Notes under the pieces: model-generated | The model's database searches: none | The model's input: only the letters and a program-made list of their open reading frames with translations | What the model was told of the DNA's origin: nothing | Assembly (NCBI GenBank): GCA_951406725.2 | Contig: OX597814.1 | Span: 104,098,001-104,162,000, forward strand | DNA: 64,000 nt | Direction: 5' to 3' | Source of the DNA: Octopus vulgaris | Lineage: Eukaryota | Translations under genes and position numbers: made by a program | Shown: positions 24,340-37,042 of the stretch, piece after piece | Layout of the letters: every line of letters starts with the position of its first letter | Numbering within the stretch: the stretch's first letter is position 1

Positions 24340-26064
24340 GTATGTATATGTGGTGGTGTTGTTGTTCTAATGTGGCTAGTCTCCTTTATCTCTTGGTGCT
24401 AATTAAAGGCAATGGTTGATCACACCTTCAGTAGTTTCCTTCTTCGCCAGCCAAATCAACTCTCTCTACTGTTGACACTTCTGTTTCGAATATTGGTCTG
24501 GATTAAACATTAAACACCATCTTCTTCTTCAGCAAAACCATACCGCTTGCCACCAACCACTCTCAAATTATCAGATGCTGTTGCAAATACACACACACAC
24601 ATACATATATACATACACATACGCGCGCACATATAATATAAATGTATGTGTGTGTTTGTAATGTCTCGATAATATCAAACTGGTGCGATCGCAATTAACG
24701 CAAAAGAAAGTACTCAATACGGGAATTTTTAGAGTGAAAGAATAGATTCATAGTTGAGTGTGATTGCGGAATGTAAACTCTGTGTACATACACACACACA
24801 CACACATACATATGTGTGTGTGTATATAGAGACTAAGATAGTATATATGTATATAGTCTTCCGTCCATTTCTAATTTATCTTCGTATAAACCCGTTTTGA
24901 TAATTCTGAAATTTTGCACTGCATTCCTTTTTGGTTCGTACTATCTATCTATCTGCCTGTCTATTTGTCTATCTATCCATCTATCTGTATATATATGTAT
25001 GATGTGTGTATTTAAGACATTTTTTAGCCCTCTTGCGTTTTCCTTTTACAACTTGAATTCATGTATTCAGTCTCTCTCTCTCTCTCTCTCCTCATATATC
25101 TATGTGCGTGTTATATATTATTTACGTGTGTGTATGTATATTATATGTACTATATTCTAATTCTTTGTCACGACACTAAATCATCTCCACTGCGACGGCC
25201 ACCACCGACAGCTACCATCGGTTTGGCGAGCCAACCACAGTCTCTACGTGGTCTATGGACCTGCTGGAAACATCAGTCGATCCCTCCCTCAAATCACGCC
25301 TTATCAAGGACATATTAATAACGTCGTGTGTGTAGCGCTGAGAGGATGGTCATGTCTGGAATGTGTTTCATCATAGGCGTAGTCTGTCAGGGTTGATCTG
25401 GGGCTAAAAGATGTCTATCACTTCGTATGCCTTAATATATTTTTGTTGTTATGACGTGTGTGGATGTTTCTCCACCAGTTTCAACAGTAAGGTTACAGTT
25501 GTTCAATCGTTTTATCCACTCATTGAATTAATTTATAAATGGCTGCGTATTCCGCATATATGGCTCCCCTTAACGTAATTCTCTGGCGGAATTGGTTGTG
25601 TCAAGCTTGTGTATTTAAGTTATAATCCATCTGACAGGCTTCCCTATAGTTTCCGTCTACCAAATTTCAGTAGCGAGGTCTATTTGATTCAGGGCTACAG
25701 AAAGTGGCATCTGACCTGGTTGCCATATAGAGGCTCTCAGACCAGGATCTTGTGATTACAAATTGAGCTTCTTAATCATTTTGGCCATACTGTGCCATCT
25801 GTTTAGTGTTGAGTGTCAGAAAAGCAGTACTCAATACCAAAGTAGAGGCTGATAATGTTTTATCTTGAACAAGTCAGTCTCGTATTGCACCTGTATTGGA
25901 TCTTCAGGTAAGTTATGACTGTCAATAAATTACCTGAAGATCTTCTGCACACCCCCACAGGCAAAACACAGAAAGGCAAGAGACTGACTCAACTAAAATA
26001 ATCTGTCTGTCTCTCTCACTATATATAAATATATATATATATATACTATACATACATATTGCAC

Positions 26065-26223
26065 AAAGGATCGTGGGTAAGGCGAGAACAATGTGAAGTA
26101 AATGCAAGGCAAATGCCAAGAAAACAAATATGAATTAATGTAGACTTACCTTGCATTAATTCATATTTGTTTTCTTTTGCCTTACATTCACTTTGCATTG
26201 TTCTGGCCTTACCACAATCCTTT
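26065..26223. repeat. Imperfect inverted repeat with about 75-bp arms
   Basis: aaaggatcgtgggtaaggcgagaacaatg...aagaaaacaaatatgaattaatg pairs with cattaattcatatttgttttctt...cattgttctggccttaccacaatccttt. Confidence 0.8.
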
Positions 26224-26279
26224 ATACAACGCATTCTACACAATGCTTCACAGTAACTATTCCATTATAATAATGTATA

Positions 26280-26660
26280 TCTCTCTCTCTATATATATAT
26301 ATAAAGCTGAAGTTGTCTGCGTATGGCAGGTTTGGTAGCCTTCAACTAACACTATCTCCTCCGAGACCCTGCTGCGCGAGTTGACCAAAATTGAGAGTAT
26401 GATAGAAGAAGGCTTGCTCTCCCTTCAGTAGAAGAAAAAATTCAAATCGGACCATGTTAACACTAAAAATTATTTACATCAAAAAGGTGCTTTTTTTCTA
26501 TGAAAATCCCTATTTTTTACGATTGACTGCTGTGTCGCCATTTTTTGGTGTATTTCAACCAGAAAAATGTTCACTTAAAGAGAATAACAAGCTACATAAT
26601 GCAAAACTCCAATTCTAAAGGGTCGAAACAAACCCGAGCAATGCCGGGCGATACTGCTAG
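26280..26660 (+). mobile_element. Non-autonomous Helitron
   Basis: 5' A|TC start followed by TATATATAAA, subterminal hairpin cccgagcaatgccggg, CTAG|T end, no TSD. Confidence 0.8.
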
Positions 26661-26960
26661 TATATTATAAAAGTGTAAACGAGAGATTGGGTTGAGCGAA
26701 CCCGTTTTATTGCATAATTCCACAATTGTTTCATCTCCACTTTTCCTGCAGATACTTGCTGAAATGCTATTGTATGTTAAATATATTAAATATTTATTTA
26801 TACTTTATGGATATTCATAGAGTTCTAGATATATCTTCAGTAATACGATTGGTTTTTGTTGTAAAACTGTAACTGGTTGCTGGTACTCACAGACAGGCCT
26901 CAAAAAGCTAACTACAAGGTTCATACCCAAATTGAATTCATATATATATATAGGGCACAG

Positions 26961-27199
26961 AAGGCAGCAAGCTGGCAGAATCGTTAGCATGCTGTATTTT
27001 GCGTGCTAACTTAGCGGTATTTTGTCTGTCGTTACGTTCTGAGTTCAAATTCCGCCGAGGTTGACTTTGTCTTTCATCCTTTCGGGGTCAATAAATAAAT
27101 TACCAGTTTCGCACTGGAGTCGATGTAATCGACTTAATCCCTTTGTCTGTCCTTGTTTGTCCCCTCTGTGTTTAGCCCCTTGTGGGCAGTAAAGAAATA
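26961..27199 (+). mobile_element. SINE family C with TSD, inserted at the head of a family A copy
   Basis: atatatagggcacag is duplicated on both sides. It has a tRNA-like head (gagttcaaattcc B box) and the tail gtaaagaaata. Confidence 0.85.
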
Positions 27200-29079
27200 C
27201 ATATATAGGGCACAGGTGTGACTCTGCGGTTAAGGAGTCTACTTTCCACCTGCATTGTTTTTTTGTTTAGTCTTACTGTTTGGCACCTTAGCAAGTGCCT
27301 TCTGCTATAACCTCAGGTTGACCAAAGCCTTGTGAGTGGATCTTTGGTTGACAAACTGAAAGGCGTGTGTGTGTGTACTTGTATTTTGTTGTTTTATACT
27401 GCATAATAATTGTAAATTAGTGTCATACGACTTTGTGGTCTTGGGTTCGGGTTCGACTGAGCAGCACCTTGGGCAAATGCTTTCTACTCTAGCCCCGGCT
27501 CAACCGAAACCTTATGAGTGGATTTGGTAGATAGAAACTGAGAAAGGCAAGTTTGTGTGTGTGTGTGTATAAGTCTGTGTTTACTTTTCTTTTCCCATCA
27601 TGTGATTGTAAATGAGCATTGCCATTATACGAACGTTGTTCTTTGTTTCCAGTCTTCCACGGGGAAATATTACCTTGCACAGAAACAGGTGAAGGTTGAT
27701 GATTGGAAGGGCATCCAACCATAAAAAATCTGCCTTAGTGTGTTCCATGTGATTCATGCAAGCATGGATAAATAGATGCTAAATGATGATGATATATATA
27801 TATATATAAAATTTAAAAATAGGATAAATTCTTCATAAGAATTTATCAAGTAGTATATATATATATATATATATATATAGTTTCATTGTTTTTATTTTGC
27901 TTTTATTCCTCCCACTGGCAACTCTCTCTCTCTCTCTCTTTCCTAGCTCTGTATCTTGCCCCCCCCCCCTGCTGCTTCTAAATGCGTCCTTCTCATTCCT
28001 CTGACTTCCTCGATTTTTCCTTGGCCTATGTATCAGACACTGCATCACTTTACTCTCATCCCATTTACTTGACTTATGTACAAGAGGCTGCACTGGATCA
28101 TCCTCTGGCCTCTATTATTCCTTCTCACCAAAGTATCTTCTTGCCCTCTTTGTCCTTCTCTGCTACCAACCACCATCACTTTCTTCTCATCTCGGGGGGG
28201 TTGGGGGGCATTCCTTTTAACAGCCGTCACCTACACTTATCCTGTCACTCACCCTTATCTTTATCCATTCCTGTTGTTGTCAGTCACTCCCTACTTGACT
28301 CCCCTCCAAGTAACCCTTGTCTCTTACATCATACTGCTGCTCCTCTCTTCCACCTTGCCATCTTGGTCTTCTAATCCCCTTCATGGCCACCTGAACCAAT
28401 ATATACACCCTATATTACTGACCACTCTCAGCCCCTTCCCTCATCTCTGCTCCTATTTCTCTTCTCTCTTCTCTACAATGGAAAGCCAATAAACCTTTTC
28501 GTTGACTGGTGATTGTAATAATCTGTTTAGTGTTGGTACCAACAAAAATGCGAATAGTAATGTGTAGGGTTTTCAGCTCCCTATATTCCACTTCTCTAGG
28601 GCTGTTGCCATGGGACAGTGTATCCAATACAATCTGTAACAGAAAGGACATCCAAGCCAGGTGACATGGAGAAGCAAACCTACTTTATTGCATATACATA
28701 CCATTATCAGTAGGCCTGTCTCGGTTTCTGTCTACCAAATCCACCCATAAGGTTTTGGTTGGCCCAGAGCTATAGTAGAGGTGCTGTTCAGTGGGACGGA
28801 ACCTGAGACCACTTGGTTGTATGACAGCTGCTTCTGGTAAGAAATGACTTGGACTGGGATGACCAGGAACCCCTGCAGATGTTGTGGAAAGCTACTGTAA
28901 AAATGTTGATGATGATGATGATGATATATCTGTACATCTATGCACACTGAAATACATGTGCATATGTAAATACACACACACACGTCATCATTTTTATGCT
29001 GGTAAGAGTTGTGTGGCTCCTCACAGTCTGAGTCAGTTCTTACTGAGGGCCATTGTGTGTGTGTGTTACCAACGTCGCT

Positions 29080-29340
29080 TTACTGGCACCTGTGCCAGTG
29101 GCATGTGTAAAAAGATTCAAGTAAGGTCATTGCCAGTACCGCTTGACTGGCCCCCGTGCTGGTGGCACGTAAAAAGCACCCACTACACTTTCGGATTGGT
29201 TGGTGTTAGGAAGGGCATCCAGCTGTAGAAACTCTGCCAGTTCAAGATTGGGGCCTGGTGCAGCCATCTGGTTTGCCAGCCCTCAGTCAAAATTGTCCAA
29301 CCCATGCTAGGATAGAAAGCGGTCGTTAAACGATGATGAT
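29080..29340 (+). mobile_element. RTE-tail short retroelement (family B)
   Basis: Same tail as the RTE 3'UTR. Other intronic copies lie at about 30520-30838(-), 31411-31662(+), 33490-33655(-), 38790-38935(+), 45616-45862(+), 47937-48250(-), 50159-50495(-), 51263-51510(-) and 55150-55293(+). Confidence 0.8.
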
Positions 29341-29679
29341 ATAAGTTATGAGCAGAGTTAGGGTCACTTCTGCTGTCAACAAGTCACTTGCTTTGCACCT
29401 TTAAAGACCCATGAAATTAGAAATCTGTCTGCTTGAAAAACTGGTTAGGGTAAATGGAAGCACATCTTGCTATAGAACGTCACTTCAATAATATATTTGT
29501 CTAACCCATGCCAGCATAGATAAAGGGATGTACAAAAAATATGAATAGCTATCTATGTCTACTGATGTATGTATGTATGTATGTATGTACACACACACTT
29601 GTTTTTTTTTTCCTTGTGTATCTTCCCCTCACTTGTCCCTTAACTGGGACCTCTTGTCCCCTAGTTGGACCCCTTTTCT

Positions 29680-32600
29680 CTGCTCAAAGGTACCTGACTG
29701 ATGCTTTAGTGGTTGATGGAAATGCTAATTCACTGAGTGGAATATTTGGGCATCTGCCCACTTTGTCACCACAAATGTTCATACAAACCTTCCTTTTAGA
29801 TATTAAACCAATCTCCCAGCTACGCATTCACTCTTCGTATCAAGTCCAGAACTTTAGAGTTACCACTATCAGTGTAGGCACAATGAAAAATAGATCCAGA
29901 GGGATTATAGAAATGCTAAAGTGGAGGTGTGTAGATGTGTGTTGTGAACAAGAGGTGAGATGGAGGGGAGCCTCAATCAGACACTTCATGACAAGGAACA
30001 AAGGTATAAATTTTTCTGGGTGAGCTGTGATGATGATGTGGGGGGTGATACTCAGTGATCAAAGTCAGTGTGTAAAGTGTGCTTACACTGCTCAATCTGG
30101 ACTGGCAGATGAACAGCAGGACCTATTCCATGGGACCCTCTTGCAGACTGCCTTGGTGATGAATGACAATAAGTTAATCATTGTGGCTGGTGACTTTAGT
30201 GGACATGTTGGTCAGTGCTTAGTGGATCCCATGGTATGCTTAGAGGTTACATTTTTGGTTTGAGGAAGAAAGAGGGTGCAGAACTAGCAGAGTTCTATGA
30301 CGGCTTAGTTATGTCTGACACTGTCTTCAAGAAACCAGCCAGCTATCTGATCACCTGTAATTTTGGTGGACACACAAATTGGACTGATTACATTCTCAAT
30401 AGAAAAATGGATAAACAGATGCTTATGAATTGCAAAATCCTTCCCGGTGAAGAATGTAACCTAACATTGGTTGGTGAATAGTGATTTAAGATTTAGAGTT
30501 AAATGGATTCAGGAATACTCATCATCATCGTCGTTTATTGTCCGCTTTCCATGCTAGCATGGGTTGGACGGTTCGACTGGGGTCTGGGAAGCCAGGAGGC
30601 TGTGTCAGGCTCCAGTCTGATCTGGCAGTGTTTCTACAGCTGGATGCCCTTCCTAACGCCAACCACTCCGTGAGTGTAGTGGGTGCTTTTTACGTGCCAC
30701 CGGCACAGGGGCCAGATGTGGCTGGCAACGGCCACGATCAGTTGGTGCTTTTACATGCCACCGGCACTGGTATTACAACTGCAATTTCCATTGATTTGAT
30801 CGATTTCGATTTCACTTGCCTCAACAAGTGAAATCGAAGAGGAAGATATAGAAACTTAAAGCGCCAGAAATTTCGAGATGTATTAGCAGGAAATTGAGGT
30901 ATATCACAAGGACAAGGGAAAGTTCCTACAGGGCAGCCTGGTGAAGCCTACAAACCAAATCTACAACTAGTGTGAGGTTAACAGAGCAATAAAAGTGAAT
31001 AGACAAGTTTGAAAAGACTGTAAGAATTGGGACAAACAGACAGAGCTATACAAGGTAGCCAGAAGCAACAGGTATATTTATGATGGAAAGAAGCAGATTA
31101 GTTGTGGTTTGTTAATGTAGCACGAGTAGCAGAAACCTGAGGTGATCCCAGATACATGGTAGTGTATCAAAGAATCAAGATTTTGTGGATGAGGAGTGTT
31201 TTATGGATGGAGAAATAGAACATTCAGTGATTCTAGAGCGATGGATGGCTATTAAATGTTGAGAATATATGGGAAAAAAAGGATTTTTTTGGTGTGAAAG
31301 GGATCAACCATTCTGGTAGAGAGTGGTAGGGTTGGAGACAACAGTAGGCAAGCAATGAAGGGTGTGAAGGTAGGGAAAGCCTCCAGACCATCAGAAATTA
31401 CTAAGATAATTTATGTGCCAGTGGCACGTAAAAAGCACCAACTGATTGTGGCCGCTGCCAGCCTCCCCTGGCACCTGTGCCGGTGGCACGTAAAAAGCAC
31501 CCACTACACTCACGGAGTGGTTGGCGTTATGAAGGGCTTCCAGCTGTAGAAACACTGCTAGATCAAGATTAGAGCCTGGTACAGCCTTCTGGCTTCCCAG
31601 ACCCCGGTCGAACCGTCCAACCATGCTAGCATGGAAAGTGGACATTAAACGATGATGATGATAATACTTAACCTATCTGGTAGAGCACAGGCTAGTCACT
31701 AGTATATTCAGTCAAGTTGTACAGGATGGTGTCAAGAACTAATGATTGGAGTAGCAGCATCATAAGTGTTACAAATTAAAAGAGATCTGTTTAGGAAAGG
31801 TTAATTACAGAGGCCTCAAATTGCTGGATTAGGTCCTGGAAATTACAGAGCTATTATAACTTGATTGATTAACCTTGATGAAATGCTGTCTTCCTAGTGA
31901 AACAATTTCAGAGGTACTTAGGAATAAATTGCTGTGCCTAGCATTTACCAGCCTGGAGAAAACCTACACTCAGGTTCCTTGCTTTGTGATTTGGTTGTTG
32001 TTGAAGAAACTAGGGATAGATGAATGGCATGTAAGAGCCATAGAAACCATCTACAGGGGTCAGCGAGGTGACGGATAGCTACGAATATGAATTTACTGAG
32101 TAATAGGGGTCCAGCAGAGCTTGGTGATCAATCCTCATCCATTTATCATTGCCCTCCAGGTCATAACAGGGTTCTGAGAACAGATACTTGTGAGAATTCC
32201 TGTATGCTGCTGCTGCTGATGGTAATATTCTATGGGATTAGAAAAGAAATTCCAAGGATGGAAGCAACACTTGAAATCCAAGAATCTCAAAATTAATGGC
32301 TAAAGTATTAATTAGTGACATCGGATTCTGCTACTATGAGTGAAATGACTTTTCTCAGTATACAGAAAACTGGTTGGTTGAGATTCCTTATGGTGTACCT
32401 AGTGCAATCTATGGATGCACAGGAGCTGCAGTGGAATCATGAGCGGGTTAAGAAAGAAAGCAGATTTTGCACATGGCAGTTAGGCCGGAGTAACTTTCAT
32501 ACAAAGAGTGCATGGGGAATAGATGGTTTGGAATGAGCAGGAGTATCGTTTGAGCAGTTAACTTCTGTTGAGAATGTATTGAGAGAGAAACTGGGCTTCA

Positions 32601-32890
32601 GTGGAATTGGATGTGGTGTGCAAGAGGGAGAAGACCATGTTGGAATAGACATTTTGGAATGCATATAGATGAGAGCAGGTGTGTAAATAAGTACATGACA
32701 CTCAGTGTGAATGGAACCTGGGAATGAGAGAGACTCAGAAAGATGTGGAATGGAATGAAGAAGACGGATGTCAAAGTGTTGAGCCTTATGGAGGAAATGA
32801 CAGAAATGAATTGAATGGAGACACAGAGAGCTTGAGAAAGCCACCCATCCATGAAAAGCAGAGCGAAACTGATGTTAGGCCAACACACAA
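29680..32890 (+). mobile_element. Near-full-length, heavily decayed RTE LINE (APE endonuclease + RT), interrupted by two family B insertions
   Basis: APE motifs VGTMKNRSRGIIEMLKWRCVDVCCEQEVRWRG, IVAGDFSGHVG and FKKPASYLIT..DYIL; RT motifs KVGKAS.PSEIT, NYRGLKLL and AFTSLEKTY..VIWLLLKKLGIDEW; C-terminal LREKLG..GIGCGVQE. Confidence 0.85.
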
Positions 32891-33327
32891 ACACACACTT
32901 TTCTTTTTTTACTTGTCATTTTGATTGCAGCCATACTAGAGCACTGCCTTAAAGGGTTTTTAGTCAAAGTAATTGACCTCAGAATTTATTCTTTGTAACC
33001 CTAATATTCTATCACTCTTTTTTTGCCAAACCATTAAGTTACGGGGACATAAACACACCAAGCAATGGTGGGAAGACAAACGCGCATATATATATACAAA
33101 GACACGCACACATATATTTATATGCATTCAGATATATATACAACAGGCTTCTTTCAGTTTCTGTCAACTAAATCCATAAGGCTTTGGTCGGCCTGAGACT
33201 GTAGTAGAATACACTCGCCTGAGGTACCATGCAGTGGGACTTAACCCAGAATCATATAGTTGGGAGGCAAGCTTCTTACCATATTAGCTACACCTCCACC
33301 TAATATATGTGTGTGTGTGTGTGTATA

Positions 33328-33529
33328 TAGCTTATTGTTCCATTGCAAGTAGGATCAACAAAACAAGTATTCCATCCAGTGAGAGATAAATCATCATCAT
33401 CATCGTTTAACGTCCACTTTCCATGCTAGCTTATTGTTCCATTGCAAGTAGGATCAACAAAACAAGTATTCCATCCAGTGAGAGATAAATCATCATCATC
33501 ATCGTTTAACGTCCACTTTTCATGCTAGC
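33328..33529. repeat. 99-bp near-perfect tandem duplication
   Basis: The unit tagcttattgttcc...ccatgc is repeated with one mismatch, with TAGC at the junctions. Confidence 0.9.
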
Positions 33530-34099
33530 ATGGGTTGGACGAATGACTGAGGGCTGGCGAACCAGATGGCTGCACCAGGCTTCAATCTTGATCTGGATAC
33601 CCTTCCTAATGCCAACCACTCTGAGAGTGTAGTGGGTGCTTAATGTGCCACCGGCATCATCATCATGTCTGTTTTTCATGCTGGCAGAGGTTGGATGGCA
33701 CTAGGTTCTGTTGCCTGTTTTGGCTTAGCGGTTAGGGTATTTGGCTCTTCAGCTCATGATTGTAAGGTCATGAGTATGATCCCTGGTGGCATCTTGTGTC
33801 CTTATTTCATGTTGCGTTGGTCCATGCAGCTGACAAAAATGAGTTTCACCTGTAATTCAAAGGGCCAACCTTGTCACATTGCATCACACTGAATCTTCCT
33901 GAGAATTATGTTAAGGGAACACGTCTGTGGAGTATTCAGCCACTTGTATGTAAATTTCATGAGCAGGCTGTTCCATTGATTGGATCAACTGGAACCCTCG
34001 TCATAGCTGACAGAGTGCAGTAACCTGTTGAACTGGAGAAAATCCTGTTCTTTGGGGCAGGTAGAAGGGGGCAGCGTTAGGGTTGCTAGCTGGATTGAT

Positions 34100-34790
34100 T
34101 CCCCTACATTTCTCTGCTCCTTCTCTCTTTTCACCCTCCTCTCACTATATTTCTCTACTCCTCCTCTTTCCTCTCCCTACGTTTCTCTGCTTCTCTCTTT
34201 TCCTCTCTCTCCTCTCCCTACAATTCTCTACTCTTTTTTCTCTCTCTTCTCCTCACTCACCTCTCCCTACATTGCTCTGCTCCTCCTCTCTTTTCCTCTC
34301 TTCCCTCTCCCTACATTTCTCTCCCCTTCCTCCTCCCTTTTCCTCTCTCTGCTCTCACATTTCTCTCCTCCTCTCTCTCTTCTCCCTGCATTTCTCTACT
34401 CCTCCCCTTCTCCTCTCTTTTTCGCCCTCTCCTCTCCCTACATATTTTGCTTCTCTCCCTTTTCCTCTCTCTCCTGTCCTACATTTCTCTGCTCCTCCTC
34501 TCTCTCTTCTCCCTTCATTTCTCTCCTCCTCCTCCATTTCTCTCCTCTCTCTTATCCTCTCTTTTCCTCTCCTTACATTTCTCTGCTCCTCCTCTCCCTT
34601 TTCCTCTCTCCTCCTCCTCCCCCACTCTCTTTTCCTCTCTCTCCTTTCCCTACATTTCTCCACTCCTCTCCCTTTTCCTCTGCCTCCTCTCCCTACATTT
34701 CTCTGCTCCTCCTTCTCTCTGTCCTCTCCCTACATTTCTCTGCTCCTCTCTCTTCTTTCCCTGCATTTCTCTGCTCCTCTTTCTGGATTC
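34100..34790. repeat. Pyrimidine-rich minisatellite (ccctacatttctctgctcctcctctct-like units)
   Basis: The core ctacatttctctgctcctc recurs more than 10 times with variable CT spacers. It is the source of the 374-aa and 306-aa pseudo-ORFs. Confidence 0.9.
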
Positions 34791-35850
34791 TTATCTTCAT
34801 ATTCTCTCTTTCATGTACTTCTATTTACGCTTATCACTCGGGATTGCATCGGATGCTGCCTACCCCAGCCCCCTTCATCTTGCTCTCATCAACCCTTGGC
34901 ACAAGCCTCTTCTGTTCTTCCTATCCTTTTCATACCCCTTCCTTCAACAGTGCCTGCTCTCTCACACTCTTCACTGTCACTCTCCTACTTATTTTCCCTT
35001 TAGTTGAGGGATCTCCCTCAAGGTTTTATGCTGGGTGCCATAAGAAAAATTCCCTTGTCCATTCTAGTAAATGGTTAGGTTTAGGAAGGGTATTCAGCTA
35101 TAGAAACTGTGCCAAAACTGATGCTGTACTCCGTCTCATTGGACCCTGTTAAACTGCCCATCCTAGCATCAAAAGTGGATGTACAACAATGCTGACATAT
35201 TTTCATGTATGTATGTGTGTATAAGCTTGTCTAAGTACATATTTATGTGCGTGTATGATCATCATCATTGTTTAACGTCTATTTTCCATGCTGGAATGGA
35301 TTGGACAGTTTGACAGGAGGTGGCAAGCCAGAGGACTGCATCAAGTTCCGGTGTCTGCTTCAGCATGGTTTCTATGGCTGGGTGTTTTTATGTCATACTG
35401 GTACAGGTGTTTTTAATGTGGCATCAGCACCTGCAGGTCACGAATTAGTTTGCAAGATGAGGAAGAAAGCCAGTAGACTAGTTGGTGACATTGGAAGAGA
35501 TAGGAAGCCAAGAAGGGGAGATCTACACAGAGAAAGTAATCTTGAGTTGTATGGTCGTGAGGTTTTGTGTTGTCTTTGTTGAGGGCTGAGAAAGCTGAAG
35601 AAGAAGAAGGCAAAAGAGTTTTGTATCATGTCGGTTTGAGTGGTTGGCTACAAATAACAAGAAATGGAGACTACATATGTTAAGGGTTGTTGGTGAGAGG
35701 AACTAAATGGTAAAGGGAGAAAAAAAATCAGTGAAATGAAAAGAGGAAGAGAGAAGCCGGCAAAATTAAATGGAAGGAAAACCTAGGAGAGCTGAAGGAT
35801 AGAACTAGGATTACTACATTTGATGGGGGTTGATGGAACAGTTTATTTAA

Positions 35851-36065
35851 CATTTTTACATTTAAACCAGCCCCATATCTGACCCCAAATAGTCTCCCTG
35901 TTTTTTGTGAAAACCAACCAGATCCAGCCTCTCACACTGGTCCTACAATGTCATTCTAGAAATAAGCAATCACATTAATGAAAAGTCAAAGTGACAAGGG
36001 GTAATGCAAAACAAATGTGAATAAATATGCATTACGTTTGACAAAGTAATCTGATTACTAGAGTG
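35851..36065 (-). mobile_element. TTAA MITE family 2 (piggyBac-like)
   Basis: TTAA-flanked; a diverged reverse complement of 63528-63744. Confidence 0.65.
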
Positions 36066-36528
36066 TTAAACTTGTTGCCATGCATTGGAGACTGAAAATG
36101 AAACATTCCTTCTGTTTCTTCAGGTGTGACCCCCATTGTACCTCTCATACATAAAAGATATAGTAACACTTCTCTGTTAAACTCCACTCTCCATGGCAAT
36201 CTTTACACCTGTTATTTCGATAGCCAGAAAACAAGAGTTGGGTGAAGAAGTCGTCACCATGTGGTGTCATGTTCAGTCCCACTGTATATCCCTTTGAGCT
36301 ACAACACTGGGCCAGCCAAAGCCTTGTGAGTAGATCTGGAAGATGGAAACTGAAAAGAACCCCTTATATATATATGTGTGTGTGTGTGTGTTTAATATAC
36401 TATTGAATAACAGCAGGAAATTACATAATTAGCTTACAGTTGTTTCTACTATAGGATGCATTGCACTCAGAGCTGAGAATTATTTCTGTGTATTTCTTTC
36501 TGAAATAAGCATACACTTAATTTTAATG

Positions 36529-36607
36529 GCTCTGAAGAAGTTATAAGATGTTGCATAAGCACTCAGCTCTGAGTGCACTGCTTCTGATAGCAGAAACAGC
36601 TGTAAGC
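36529..36607 (+). ncRNA. Type I hammerhead-like motif in the ERK intron (sense strand)
   Basis: GCT-CTGAAGA-a-[gttataaga...gcactcagctctgagtgc...tctgatagc]-a-GAAA-CAGCTG-TA-AGC. Core boxes are present, stem II pairs, stem III is palindromic, the triplet is GUA, and stem I is short. Confidence 0.55.
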
Positions 36608-36772
36608 AAATGAAGTTGATTACATAATTCTTATTCCTGTATCTTTCATTAACTTATATTGTGCTTTTTACTTGTCAAATGTTTAATCCAGAACATGTAT
36701 ATTGAGTTCTAATAACTCAGTTATTATTATTGCTTTGCTTGAGTGAATCGCAATATATATATATATATATAT

Positions 36773-37042
36773 ATCACTGTGACTGACCAAGCTATCAGAT
36801 GTTGCTACACATCACTGGTCACAATGCGCTTCGCATTGTGTTAGCCTTCAAATGACGCCACCCCGCTGACTAAGCGAGCAGGCCAACAGAAGAAAGAGTG
36901 AGAGAAAGTTGTGGCGAAAGAGTACAGCAGGGATCACCACCACCCCCTGCCAGAGCCTCGTGGAGCTCTAGGTGTTTTCGCTCAATAAACACTCCCAAAA
37001 CCACGAGTCCACTGCCTTAACCACTGGGCCATTGCATCTCCA
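36773..37042 (-). mobile_element. tRNA-derived SINE family E
   Basis: Head tggcccagtggttaagg (A box). The tail cattgtgaccag(t)gatgtgtagcaacatctgatagc is shared with 37270-37510(+) and 44925-45215(-). Confidence 0.7.

Noticed and set aside
34028-35152. The longest ORF in the window (374 aa, Ser/Leu/Pro/Phe-rich, membrane-protein-like)
   Set aside because: It is a CT minisatellite open in all three frames with no domain motif.
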